From Paramecium tetraurelia (Eukaryota), in assembly GCA_000165425.1 (NCBI GenBank), contig CT868681.1, positions 1-64,000 on the forward strand: DNA of 64,000 bases, given 5' to 3'. Shown piece by piece: positions 26,490-42,864 of the stretch (positions within the stretch are counted from its first letter, which is position 1; every line of letters starts with the position of its first letter). The notes under the pieces are model-generated. The model made no database searches and had not been told where the DNA came from. It saw only the letters and a program-made list of their open reading frames with translations. A program made the translations under genes and the position numbers.

Positions 26490-27240
26490 TTATGAAATTT
26501 ATTATTTTATTATTGGAAGATGAATGATAAAATCACCATCCCAATGTGCTCTGTCTATTTTAAGGAGAATTCTTAATTTATTCAAAACAAAATTACAGAA
26601 TTGTATACTGGTTGGATGATTTAGTACAATAACTTCTTAATACAAAAGTTTAAATTTTTTGAATTAGTAATGCTTGTGATTAATGCTAGGGGAAGGAATT
26701 CTAAAAATAGTATGAAATTTAAATTTAAGTAATTAGATAGAAACTAAAAATGTGTTTAGGTTTCAATGGTAATTAATCGCTTTTTAGAGGCTACTTGTGG
26801 AGAAAGAGAAAATATACAAAAAAATAAGGTGTGATTGATGTAATGATTACGTTTTAATTTCCAGGAATTAGATAGAACAAAAAATAGAATGAATGAAGTA
26901 AAATTGTGTAAGATCAAGAGTGATAGTCATGACGAATTAGTATTAGGAGTGTTCCATCATGTTTAAAGGTAGGAAATAGGGGAAATGATGAATATTAATT
27001 TGAGATTATTGTGTGAGAAATATTTGAATCGAATTCATGAGAGAATGAATGATTTAATTAAAGTAATTAATTTTAATAAATCATCATTGAGAAAACAGAA
27101 TGAGTATGGTTTTAATTTGTGGTAAATATACATCAGTTTTAGAAAATGCTGGTGTGAAAGGCCTGATCTTATGTTGAAGAAAGAATTCAGAGTCAAAAGA
27201 AAGACAATAATTATAAATTTAAATTGTTGTTACAACTAAT
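26490..27240 (+). pseudogene. Probable decayed gene remnant
   Basis: Purine-rich coding-like sequence with frame switches and TGA stops. No intact model and family not identified. Confidence 0.3.
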
Positions 27241-27300
27241 TAAATAAATATAATAATTATTTTTCTTGTTTTGATATTCAATAGCAATTAACATTAATAA

Positions 27301-28050
27301 TCATGAATTAACTCGTGGCAACATCGCAGCATATGTTGGTTAGTAAATATGTGGTTGAATTTGAAGAGGATATTGTGTTAGTGTTGGAGACACAGATTCA
27401 TATTCTTGTTTTACGTGGATTTACTATTTAACTTCAAGGAGTTGCTTGAATATTAGTTGTGATGCCAAATATAAATTTTGAATAGTCGTGTAATAATATG
27501 GATTCTAGGTTTCTGCAGCCTTCTAATATTATTATGACAATGTAGAAAATAGTTTTTGACAATGCTATTGAAGAAGAGAACGTTATTCTTAGATCAAACT
27601 AGCCTAGTCTGCCTTTGAGGGTTGTTTATCAATATATATCTACATAATTTATTTTAAAATACCTGACTAACTTCCGATGATACAATAGGCTCAGACAGTT
27701 AGAAAATGAGGGGATTCATTATGGATATCTTCAAGATATTCTCCACCTTGAGCTTTTTCTTTCTTGTCTCTTTCTTACCTATCCTACCTTCTTTTTCATA
27801 GGCCTTTTGTATCGTCCGTACAGTACAGTATTTTAGCTTCAACCTATTCGCGACCTAAAAAGATTAATGATCAAGATATCATATATATGGGTATAGAATA
27901 AGCACAGATTTGGGATTAATTTGATACCTCTTGTAACGAGAGCTTGTCATGCAAAAGTAGCTTTAAAACTAGTTTTCTTTCTTCCTTATTGATTTTCTGG
28001 TACTTTCTACTCGATTTCGCTTATGCTTCCTAATTTTCAGATTTGGTCAT
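27301..28050 (-). CDS. Helix-turn-helix (homeodomain-like / transposase-N-terminal-like) DNA-binding protein
   Basis: YQKINKEERKLVLKLLLHDKLSLQE|VANRLKLKYCTVRTIQKAYEKEGRIGKK, then a Q-rich tail. Two introns (73 and 23 nt). Confidence 0.8.
27855..27927 (-). other. Unusually long (73 nt) first intron, GTA...TAG, no internal AG
   Basis: Phase-0 intron splitting the HTH (SLQE|VANRL). Retention gives an in-frame TGA. Confidence 0.85.
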
Positions 28051-28149
28051 GATGTTAGAATCTTTATTTTTATTATATTTATATAAAATTTAAAATCAAT
28101 ACTTAACAAATTTGAATTAAGATTTCATCATTTTATATATTATTTCTTT

Positions 28150-29190
28150 TGATTATCTAATTTATTAAAAAGACATTCTGCACACCTCATCCAACAATTC
28201 ATCCTCTAAAATATTCATTCTATCTGACTTTATTAATTACACTCAACAAATCATTCCTGCTTTTACATTTTATAGGTATTTTGTTAAGCTAAATTTTGAA
28301 AGTAAATCAAATTATGTCTAATTTATATTCATTAGGTTAATAATCAATTTCAAATTTACTTCCAATCTAAATTATTCAATGTTATGTATATCAATGCATA
28401 TCAATAAGGAAAAATACTAAAACTGCTTTACATTGATTTTTAAATGCTTGAATCCCAACACTCATCTCTTCCTCAATTTTCAAGTTAATCTCGCTTTCTC
28501 ATTTCATAATGTAATCAAACCACCTACTTTCTATAACATATAAGCTTGCTTCTCCATATTTATTACATAAAGTCATAATTTCAACAGGCAAATTTTATTC
28601 ATAAAATTACTTCCACTCAAAGTGGCTCATCTATTCAAAAATCCTATGTAAAAGGAATGTTCACGTTATTCTCCACTCAATAATTCAGTTTGCAATCAAA
28701 ATAATATAGATTCCTTATCATTTATATTATGATGCTGGAGATTTTATTCCTTCATTTCAAATGGTATTCCAACTCATATTATGAGATGATATTAACATTC
28801 TAAATGATTATTGGTATTAGAGTCAACCTAATGCAGCTCTAACATTTTTAGATTATATTTTGTCTGATGAAAAGAAATCCATATTCTCAAAGTTATATCA
28901 TCTAAGTTAACACTTTTCTTCTCTTTGTTGTGTTATAAATGGCTACTATTTAGAGATTACCATCTAATTAGAGGAGAATGAGGTCTTTTTAAAATGGTTA
29001 GATTGAACCATTTACTTCTATTATTAGTTCAGGCGTCGATAAAATGAGATGCCAATTCAGAGGATAGTTGATGATGGCTTAAAGGGATTTTGAGAGTTTT
29101 AAGGAAATGTTTGGCCACTAGTCTGACATTTACCAAGAATAATTTAAGAATTAAATGTTCTTAAAATAGTTTAAATTAGGATGATGTAAA
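28150..29190 (+). pseudogene. Probable decayed gene remnant (helical/TPR-like fragments)
   Basis: Coding-like fragments (SQPNAALTFLDYILSDEKK; IVDDGLKGF*; EMFGHQSDIY) in shifting frames with TGA stops. Confidence 0.35.
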
Positions 29191-29263
29191 TTTATGAAAC
29201 AAGACTAATTTTTATTTAGTTAAAATAATCAAAAAATATAACGATATGAGTATGTCTAAATAA

Positions 29264-30969
<1,706 letters not shown>

Positions 30970-30993
30970 AAGTTATTATAAATAATAAAATAA

Positions 30994-31687
30994 ATGGGTA
31001 CTTGTAGTTAAGGATAGAACATAGAGAATGTTAGGGGAAGTGAAAGAACATTGAAGAAATTAGTGGGGTATTTTTACAGTATCTCTATGCAACAACATCC
31101 AGACATTGATAGTTTAGTAATTCCTAAATTGGAGAGATAAAAAATAATTTCAAGAGGATTGAGTAAGAATCTCATTCAAGAAATCGTAATCTTTCTAAAT
31201 TCTCGCCAGATCAGAAATAAGGAATAAGATGATTTACTAGATCATTTTAATTATGTATACAACTAATCTTTTAAGAAATTGAATGACTTTAATACCAATC
31301 TTGGGAAGATGATATTGATTGTAACACTTTTATAATAAGATATGTAAGACCTCCATCGAAGTCTTATTATGTTATAAGTCTCTTGAAATGGGAGAGTTGA
31401 CACCAGTAGATGTGTGGTGGGTAGAAGACCACTTTTTATGGAGGTATTGCCAATTATAGGATCAGTACAAGGTTGAATATGACAATTTTTTGGATTTTAG
31501 TTGTCTCATCAAATTTATGTATCTTTTGAAGGAGTGCACACGAATAGAATTGAAAAAGATGAATTTGGAATTGAAATAATTGATCGGTTCCATAAAGACT
31601 GAGCATTCTTAATAATAAGAATTCCCAAACACAGCTAGAACTGCCGATAGTTTTCGACCATAACAGAAAAGAATAGATACCTTTTGA
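30994..31687 (+). CDS. Hypothetical protein with N-terminal MGTCS acylation motif
   Basis: MGTCSQGQNIENVRG...; the frame is restored by a 19-nt GT..AG intron at 31321-31339; ends RIDTF*. Confidence 0.6.
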
Positions 31688-31700
31688 ATACTTATATTCA

Positions 31701-32553
31701 TCAATCAAATTCAGAAAACATTTTGTATCTTCCAGGACCAGGAGTCACTTTATTTATTTCATATGGTCCTTTTCTTGTAGACTTACTAAAAGTCTATTAC
31801 ACTGCAGATCTCATTCCATTCTTAGGGTATACTCCTGATTAGTTAATACCAATATTCTCAAGTGAGTAACGTCCTGGTTCAGGATAATCATTCACTACTT
31901 CAGATGTTAAAAATTACCTCCCAAAGTCTTAAATCTCTCTTGATCTTTTCCGATGATGCAAGCACCTGAGTTTTGGAACTTGGAGAGTGGATAAACTCCT
32001 TTCTGTGTTGTGGCTTATACATATTCATAATTTCCAGGTCCTTTTATATGAATTTAATGGTGTACCTGGAGTATTAAACTTTTATAGGGATTATGTCCTT
32101 TAACCAAATGTAAACTTTTATCTTCTTGTAACTGTGCTTGGTATTTGATAACGATCTGGAGGAGGGGTGGTTTAAGTTAGAGTTGCCCAAATCCCTTGAA
32201 GCCAAGTGTCCTCTCTACCCAAAGCAAATTGGATTCCTTTCTTCTCTTCCATGTTCAATTCTGCGAAACTCTTGATTTCATATTTGTTTGGAGCAGGAAC
32301 TTATTTAACATGTTTGGTAAAATCATGTCTAGGGTGTTATTGGGATGAATTTACTTTTATCCATAACCGATGGCAGCCATTCTCTTGCTTAAACTATCTG
32401 GAAGGTTGTACATAGATCCATTACTAGGTTAGAATAATGAAATTACGTTTATTTGGTTGAATAGGTTTCACGAGGAGCTTTGGAAAAGGTGTATCTTTGT
32501 TTTGAAATTGAATTGTTGAGAGGTTGATCAAATATACTTTTAGAGGTATTCAT
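31701..32553 (-). CDS. STPG/ODF3 (SHIPPO repeat) ciliary protein
   Basis: YTFSKAPR, PAPNKYE, PPPDRY, PGNYE, PEPGRY, PGPGRYKMFSEFD* repeats. Confidence 0.85.
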
Positions 32554-32622
32554 TTATATTATTTTATAATTGTGCGTATATATATCTATTTTGATTATTT
32601 TTATTTAACTTATATTCAACGA

Positions 32623-34778
<2,156 letters not shown>

Positions 34779-34847
34779 TCTATGTGGTTAATTGTACATG
34801 TTTATTTAAATAAATATTCTTTTGATTTCTATTATGATAACCAATCT

Positions 34848-35708
34848 TCATTAATTGTGATGACCTTCGAATGCTCTGATGTTGTGAGCTGTGTTTATTA
34901 CAAAATTAGAGGTGTCTATTACATATCCCTTAGTTGCTGCTTCAAACAATTCTGGATGATGTACTACTCCTTCCTATTTCACATTAATTATTCATATACC
35001 TTCATGAAATAAATTACTTCGTCTTATACTGTTGTACCCAATTCTTGAATATGATCAAGTTGACATGCCAACTCATATTTTAATTGACCTTCCTCTGTTA
35101 AATAATCAGCATTGTCTCTATCATCAAATTGCTTGAGATCTGCCGTTAAGGGATGGAATTAATAGGTTTCAACCCAATACACATTTTTATCATTAGCAAG
35201 TGTATTTGTCTCAATCTTGAGTACTTTTCCTCCTCTCAACAAAGAAAGTCTATGAATTTTATATTATAATGATCTCCAATACCTAATTTAATAAAAGCTG
35301 TCGCTTACCACATTCTAGGAATCCACAAAAATGATGGGGCATATATAAATAGATTATTCCAATACCAAGCAATATCCAATGGGTTTTTGAACCAAAGATA
35401 AATTGATAAGGGGATGGCTGTCTCATAAAGCACATATGGGTATTTTAGGAATATTGTAAGATGCTTATGAGGATCACATGAGTAGCTAATTATAATTGAT
35501 TAAGGTACAGCAACACTTCTCCAATTCTATCAAACTCAATTGTATAGGTTGGTTTATAAATTCGATCTGTTTTTACAACATATTGTGATTCGTCATTCAT
35601 AACTTATGCTTTATGAGCTATGGTTGCATTATGGAAACTTTTAATGTGATTCAATTAATAGAGATTCTTAATACCCAATCTAGCAGTACTTGTAATCCTA
35701 GGCAGCAT
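34848..35708 (-). CDS. Probable mitochondrial inner-membrane protein (TMEM70/TMEM223-like pattern)
   Basis: Basic leader MLPRITSTARLGIKNLY, two TM segments, then KIHRLSLLRGGKVLKIET. Three tiny introns. Family call is tentative. Confidence 0.6.
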
Positions 35709-35971
35709 TAATTTAAAGATATGAATAATATTAATTTTGTATTGCTCTGATAACAAAATACTACGTCCATTTTTATACCATTGTTTAATATATTGTCTAA
35801 CTATATTATAAATTATGCTTCATTCTTCAATTTAAGCAATGTCATATTCATTATTTGTTGTTATTTGCACACTAGTTACAATCATATATACGATTATAAT
35901 CATATCAAATATAAATATTAAATGAAAATTAAATCGTTTTTGAGATGTATCGTTTTTTAGTTAATAAATAA

Positions 35972-37075
35972 ATGAAAGGAATTATTGGCTATTAATCTTG
36001 CATTGGCTGTGGTCTCAAATGCCACCAGCACAAAAGGATTAAATCTTGGCCTCTCCTTTAAACAGGAACAAAGGCCAGCGATGCCATTGACACAGTCTTT
36101 GGATTGCTTAATGATTTAAAACAATCTAACATCGATGCCCAATTTGCTGCTGACCAAAAGAACGAAACAGACGAATGGGTTGGTGCCTAAACCATTGAAT
36201 AATTCACTAAAATTAAGACTCTTAACCAAAAATTGTTCCAATAGGCTGTCGAAAACAGAGCTGAGTATGAAAACGTACTTAAATAAACCAAAAACTATTT
36301 GGCATGGAATGAAGCCAGAAGAGATTCAATTGCTGCTAAAATTGAAACACTCCAAGACAACTAATGTTTCTCCAACTAATTATTTGTTAAATCCATCAAG
36401 CACAATTAAGAAGCCTTAGAAGTCATCAGACTCCTCAAATAAGATGTTGCTGGATACATCGTCAATGGAGATTCCTTTGAATTCACTTAAGTCTAAGCCT
36501 AATCAGTTGCTGAAAAATTGAAGTAATACAGCAACTTATTCTAAGAACACTAAATCAAATCATTCTTGGCACTTGCTTAAGAAGGATAAGTATCTATAAT
36601 AATCATATATCAATTAGGCTTCAGAATCATCTGGACATGGATAAACATTGGCTGAAAGAGTCTTGGGTGTCCTAGAAGGATTACATTCAGAATTGGAAGG
36701 ATCATTAGAAAATTTGAAATAAAATGAAATCAATGCCTCATGGGAATTGGCTGGATGGGTCTCATTGTCTGAAGCTGAAATCACCTCATTGGAAGTTGAA
36801 TATGAAAGAAAATAAGTCTTCGCTGATAGAACTGCCACTGTACTATATAATTCACTAATCAATTCTAGCAAATCTAAGCTGCTTTAGCCCAATAAGCCAA
36901 ATCAAAGATCATCTTATAAGAATCTTAAGATGCCTTAGATTAAGCATAAGCTGATTTGGAATCAAAGAGAGCTGATTATGCTGAAGCCAAGGCCAAGAGA
37001 CAAGAAGAGAATGCCATCTTGGATGAAGTAATCATCATGTTCAAGAAACAAGTTGCCTCCTGGTCTGGAAGATGA
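35972..37075 (+). CDS. Trichocyst matrix protein (TMP/GRL family), 5' end with compensating frameshifts
   Basis: LLQTGTKASDAIDTVFGLLNDLKQSN..., acidic helical repeats and strong codon bias; ends KQVASWSGR*. The signal peptide is encoded in the +1 frame. Confidence 0.85.
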
Positions 37076-37339
37076 TATTCTTTTTAAATACAAAATTAGT
37101 CAATCACAAAATTAAAGTTTTATTTTAACATTGTCCTACCCAAGAGCTACAATTAGTGAAATAATTTAAAAAATGGAGTTATTCTTTTCCTCTAAGAACT
37201 CTAAAAAAATCCATAATGTTGTGATCAAAATTAATTTAAAATCAAAAGAAATAATATTGTTTTAAATTCTAATAATTCAAAGAATATAAAAGGATAATAT
37301 TAATTATTGCTGTCTAATTTTAGTTAATTCAATTTATTA

Positions 37340-38060
37340 AATATTATCAAAGTTTGTTCTTGAATTGTATTTCAATACAAAAATGGTAATGCATTTGTGC
37401 AATCATAGATCAAAGCTATGATAAAGCTATAGTAGATGAATGGAAAGAATTTACCCAAAAACCTATTGATCCATTTCTCCCTTAATGGACTATAATAGTC
37501 GTAATACGTTACCTAAAGTACAACAATATATTATAATAAAACACCAATGCAACATATATTATATTTAACACAAAAATGAATGGATATTTCATTAATAGCG
37601 TATGAGTTGCCATGATCATCGTGTCCTGCCATTCATATTCTTTTCTTAGTATGATAGCAGTTACAACAATAATGGAAATCTAATTGTAATTTAATTATTG
37701 TACCACATGATGATACCATAAACAAAATCTACATGGTTCAAAAAGTGAACCCTCAAAAATAGAGATTGCAAGATCTATAAAATAATAAAGCGGGATTGGG
37801 ACAGCCTATACATAGGGTGAAGCAATACAAAAAAGTGGACTATCCTTTGATCGAGTGAGTGTTTGTTGATGTATTAATAGTAATTGGGGATTGTATAATG
37901 TTTGTAAAGTTGATAAAATGCCACCAGAAAAATGGGAAACATTTATATTAGACTCCAAATGTACCTAAAATAATGGAAGATTAGTGCGTACCATAGCATG
38001 TCATTATGATATCGGAGTGAGTAAGATGTCCATTAAAAAGGTATGTTGGCCCAATGAAAC
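37340..38060 (+). pseudogene. Probable decayed secreted-protein remnant
   Basis: Fragments CAIIDQSYDKAIVDEWKEFTQKPIDPFLPQW and NWGLYNVCKVDKMPPEKWETF lie in different frames with TGA stops. Confidence 0.4.
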
Positions 38061-38075
38061 GTCATAAATTTATTT

Positions 38076-39684
38076 ATGTTTTAATCCGATAGTGAAGAAG
38101 AAGATTCACTAATAGTAAGTTTATAAAATCTAGTAATCTAGATAGGAGACATAATTCAGGGTCGATTTGAGATCCATTCCAAGATAGGGTACGGTTCTTT
38201 TGGCTAGGTTTACAAGGTGATCGATTAAAAATATGGGAATACTCCATATGCAATGAAAGTGGAATTCACCAATTAGGAATGCAATTTGCTTGAAAAGGAA
38301 ATTAAGGTTTTGATAGATTTGAGGTATGAATGAGAATTGATAAGTGAAAGAAAGAAGGTTGGATTTCCAGAGATAAAGTTTTATGGGAAGGAAAAGAGAT
38401 TTACATTTTGTGTGATGAATATCTTGGGGAAGAATTTGGAATCCGTGATCAGAAAATGCGGGGGTTCGTTCTCTCTTTAAACTGTTTTGCGATTGGCAAT
38501 CTAAGTTATTACACAGTCAAATTTAGATGATAGAAAGAATTGAAGCCCTCCATTCTTGCAAGTATTTGCATCGAGACCTCAAACCTGATAATTTTGTACT
38601 AGAAAATACGACCAGTCCAAAAATAATAAACTTAATTGATTTTGGATTATCAAAAAAATATGCTGTATTAATAAATTTGATTAATAGAATTCAAAAGGAG
38701 ATCATATCAAATTAATCAAAAAACCAGGATTAATTGGTACAGCCAGATATGCAAGTATCAATGCTCACGAGTCTTTTGAGTAAGGAAGGAGAGATGATCT
38801 CCAAAGTTTAGGATATGTTTTACTGTATCTACTTACTGGGCATCTTCCTTGGATGAATGTTAAGATAGAAATGAAAAATCTTAAATATGCTAAAATCCAT
38901 CAAATGAAGAAAAACATGAAATTGGAATAACTCTTCTCCAAATAACCAAAGTGTTTTATTAAGTTTATGTAAGATGTATAAACCTTAGATTTTGCATAAT
39001 AACCCAATTACAAATAATTGAAGGGTCATTTCTAAGATGAGTTGTCTTAGCTCTCTCTTAATTTTTTAAATTATGGCTTTGATTGGGAAAAGCTACCAGA
39101 ATATTCTAGTAAAAAGAAGAAACATTAAACTATTGCAATCATGAATAGTTCAGGAAGAGATGAAATCATGAATATTCAATTCTAAAAGTTTGATCCCAAT
39201 AAACATGAATAATTGTTGAGGAAAAGTACTAAAAAATTGGATAATAAACCATTCCTCATTAATGTGGCTGAACCATCCGAACATCAAAAACAATTAGACG
39301 TTTAACCTCAACACATATCTGGCAACCCATTTCTCCAAATACCTTAATATAATTCATGTACTAAAATAGATTAATTATCCTCTCTAAATTAATCTAATCA
39401 TACATCCAAGACCAACAATTATCTGCAGAGTGATGATGTGATGAGTGAAGAATTGCTCCCAAACATTGAAATGAAAGAAAGTTCTCTCCCAGGATTCAAA
39501 AAAATGATTGATTATGAAATGATAGGCATCAAAAAGCCTTAAGTTCTCAATAAAAAGACCTCACGTATTTATACATCACTATTCATTAGAAATGGATACT
39601 ATACGAATTATGCAATAAAACTTTTTCAAACCTTAAGTGATTAAGGATGAAGAAGAAAATCCTGAGTTAGAGCTTAGTGATTGA
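38076..39684 (+). CDS. Casein kinase 1 family kinase
   Basis: IGYGSFGQVY, AMKVE, LHRDLKPDNF, IDFGLSK, GTARYASINAH, RRDDLQSLGY. Confidence 0.95.
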
Positions 39685-39727
39685 TTAAGTATATGTTATT
39701 TCTAATTTTATTATAACACAATATCTT

Positions 39728-40806
39728 TCATCCTTTAACACTTGTTACAAAGAATATACCCATCGAAGGTGGCTCAAATTCAATCTCATCATTCTGTTTA
39801 GCTTTTATAATCAGCTTTTTCATCAAAAAGTTTTATTATATATTATGTAAATCTTAATCTGTAATTTTACCATGAATTCCATTAAAAAGAGGCTAGATAC
39901 ATAGAAATTCAACTTACATTTTGTTATTTTCTGAATGGTGAAATGAAAGATGTTTCTACCTAAGAAGATTGGGTCTTTATCTCATGAGTATTTTCAAATA
40001 CTTTTATTAATTTAAAAGTGTTTTATTTCATCTCCTTCATATTCTAACTAATCTGATCTAGCATTCTTCCTGAAATCTTAGTCTAATCGTACTATTTCTC
40101 TTTATGTTCTCCCTCAAGTTGTTATTAGCGGATAACATTTTTAATAGGTAAACTTTTAAGAGTTATTGTATTTTGTGGATATGACTCTAATTCTGTTTGT
40201 AATACTGGAACCACATTAGAAGATCGTTAAATTCCAGAGTTCAATTTTGTTTTTTGAGTTATATCCACAATTTTTTTGTCAATTGGCTTAAATTCTGTAA
40301 TATTTTTGGGTGAAGGTTTAGAGATTTCAAATTTAAAAGATATTTGCCTATCTGACCTATTTTTATGTTTTTCTACTTTTTCTCTATTTAAATCAAATGG
40401 AGTGGTATATTGTATTCTACTTCCAAAACCAATTGCTTTGGAAGGCATTCCACCTGAAAATGCAGGTGTGTTGACTCCTGACATAGATTAAACTTTATTT
40501 TGTTTAGGTGAAGGGAGTACAACCGGCTACGAACTCATTCTGTGATGGGTCTTATTGTTCTTTCCTAAATTAATCATTTTTCTTTGAATTTCCTCCAAAT
40601 TAGAATCAGGTTTAATGCTTAACAAGTAGAGCTAATCAAGTTACCCTTTCAACTTTGTTTCTGTGACAAAATTAGAAACTACTGAAATTAGATTACATAT
40701 AGCTAGTCGTATATCCATAATTTAAATTACCAATTAAGAAGATCTGATTTTCTATATTATTCTTCAATATAAAATCCAGTCTAAGGAATTCCTTTTAGAC
40801 CTACAT
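39728..40806 (-). CDS. Hypothetical protein
   Basis: MQVQKEFLRLDFILKN..., 28-nt intron (an in-frame ATG at 40718 is an alternative start); ends FFVTSVKG*. Confidence 0.65.
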
Positions 40807-40948
40807 TTTATTATAGTTACACAGATAACTAAAGAGAAGAGGATGATCACATTGTAATTTACATAGATATCATTTGTCCTCTATTCTTTTAAAAGTGTTT
40901 TTATTATAATAGTATTGTTATATTATAAGCTCTTTAAATTAATATTTA

Positions 40949-42377
40949 ATGAAGAGTGTAGAACAGTTATTTCCACAATTTTAGGTCGTAAACATAGTGA
41001 GATAAAACCATTATAAAAAATCAGTGATTGTCAAAAGGAATGGATATAATTATATGCTGAGGATTTTTAGTCTTGAGGGAATTCCAAAGGATAGAGTTCA
41101 ATCGATCATTAAAATGCTTAACAAATTATCGAATCACAAGAATCCTCATATTGTTAAATTTTATGAGGCATCCTTTGATCATGATATGACATACTTGGGG
41201 TAATGATAAAAATTGAAGATTAGTATTGTCAGTCAATACTTGGATAAATAATACGAATACCCTTTGAAGGAGGTTGACATTTGGAGTATTATCCAAGAGG
41301 TATCCAACATGTCCTATGTAGTTGTCAATTGCATTACAATAATTTCATCCAAAAAGAGTCCATGGCAAATTATTATTGTCTAATTTATTTCAAAGTAAAG
41401 GAATGACTATTTTGGGTGAGTTGAATGTTCTTTATTATTTGCATAAATAAAACTATCAAGATATCTATTTACTAGCACCAGAATTTATTAGATCTCAAAT
41501 CTACGATCATAAATCAGATATATGGATGGTTGGTTATATGCTCTATTAGATGATGTTCAAGGATCCACCGATAATTACCAACAATGTTGAAATTTTACAT
41601 AAAAAAATACTCAAAGGCATACAAATTACATATAATCCAAATTATAGTCTCAATTTGAACAACCTATTGAGATTGATGATGTGTTATGATGCTGAACTCA
41701 GACCCAATGTTGAATAGATTTAGTATTTCTGTCAGCAATCTAAATTATCTAATGAAGAAATCAACATCAATAGAATATTACCTAAATTTAAAGTAGACAA
41801 AGTAGCCTTACCTAAAAAGAAAACAGAAAAGAAATCAGAACCTGTCTAAAGTGCTGTATATTTGATTGAGGATCAATTTAAATAACCATATTTCCCACCA
41901 TCCAAAATTAAAAAACAAAAGAGATGCCTATAATAAAAATAAACAACCTCTGTCATGGATTTTGGCCAATCTCAAAAAACCAATTACTCTGTATAATTAC
42001 CAAAAGTGTTAAATTCTTAACTTAGTAAATTGAAAGTCAAGGAGGCTAGCACAATTTCAGGATCCATAGAAAAAAGTAATGAACAAGAAATGTACTTTAT
42101 TCTTTAATTTCAGATTGAACAATAAAGCTTAGCTTATTAAATTAGAAATTGATAGTATTTTTCCACAAACAAAAATAACCTTACATACTTAGAGAAAATC
42201 TCCAAATAGAATTTAATTACAATAAGTATTTTAGAATAGATAAAAAAGTTAAAGATTTTTTTATTGATCATTACAGATTTATTATCTATTATTACAAATT
42301 GTATTAAATAAAGAAATTCTTAAAGCTCATTAAAAATATACTATTATGCTATTAGAAAAATCTAATAGCTAAAATGA
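40949..42377 (+). CDS. NEK-like pseudokinase (3' end uncertain)
   Basis: NPHIVKFYEASF, LAPE, YDHKSDIW, LRP are present. VAIK is replaced by YMLR, HRD by HGK and DFG by ELN. Confidence 0.8.
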
Positions 42378-42864
42378 CTTGTTAATAATCTCATTTTATT
42401 TTTACACCTAATTTTAAGATAAGGATATTATAAATGATTTAAATGAAAAGCCAATTATATGAAAATATGTTATTATTTTACTGATTTAAATGAAATAAAT
42501 TTCTCTCAATATAATCAATCTTAAAATTTAAAATTACAAGCTTAAATAACTAAATATTAATTATGCAGAATAGAATTAAATTTTGATATCCAATCGTATC
42601 TTGAAAAGAATGATGATCACAGATATTTGAGAGGAGGTGTTGACATTTTCTATTGAAAAAGAAACTAAGATTCAATTTAATACTTTAATAATATATAATA
42701 ACTATATAATTGATATCTTCCTCTTTGAACAAATAAGTCATATTTAGTTATTTACAATACAAGTAGCTACGCCAATTCACTTTTAAAGATTAGGAAATAG
42801 GATGGATTTAACATATTAATTTTAATGTAATGATGCAGGTGTAATGTAAAATTCTCATATGGGA

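Noticed and set aside
40744..40800. Hairpins suggesting a structured RNA such as telomerase RNA
   Set aside because: They fall within the probable first exon of the minus-strand gene, and there is no telomeric template sequence.
40831..40890. SECIS element (ATGA...AA...GA in a hairpin)
   Set aside because: It lies between two divergent starts rather than in a 3'UTR, with no upstream UGA-containing gene.
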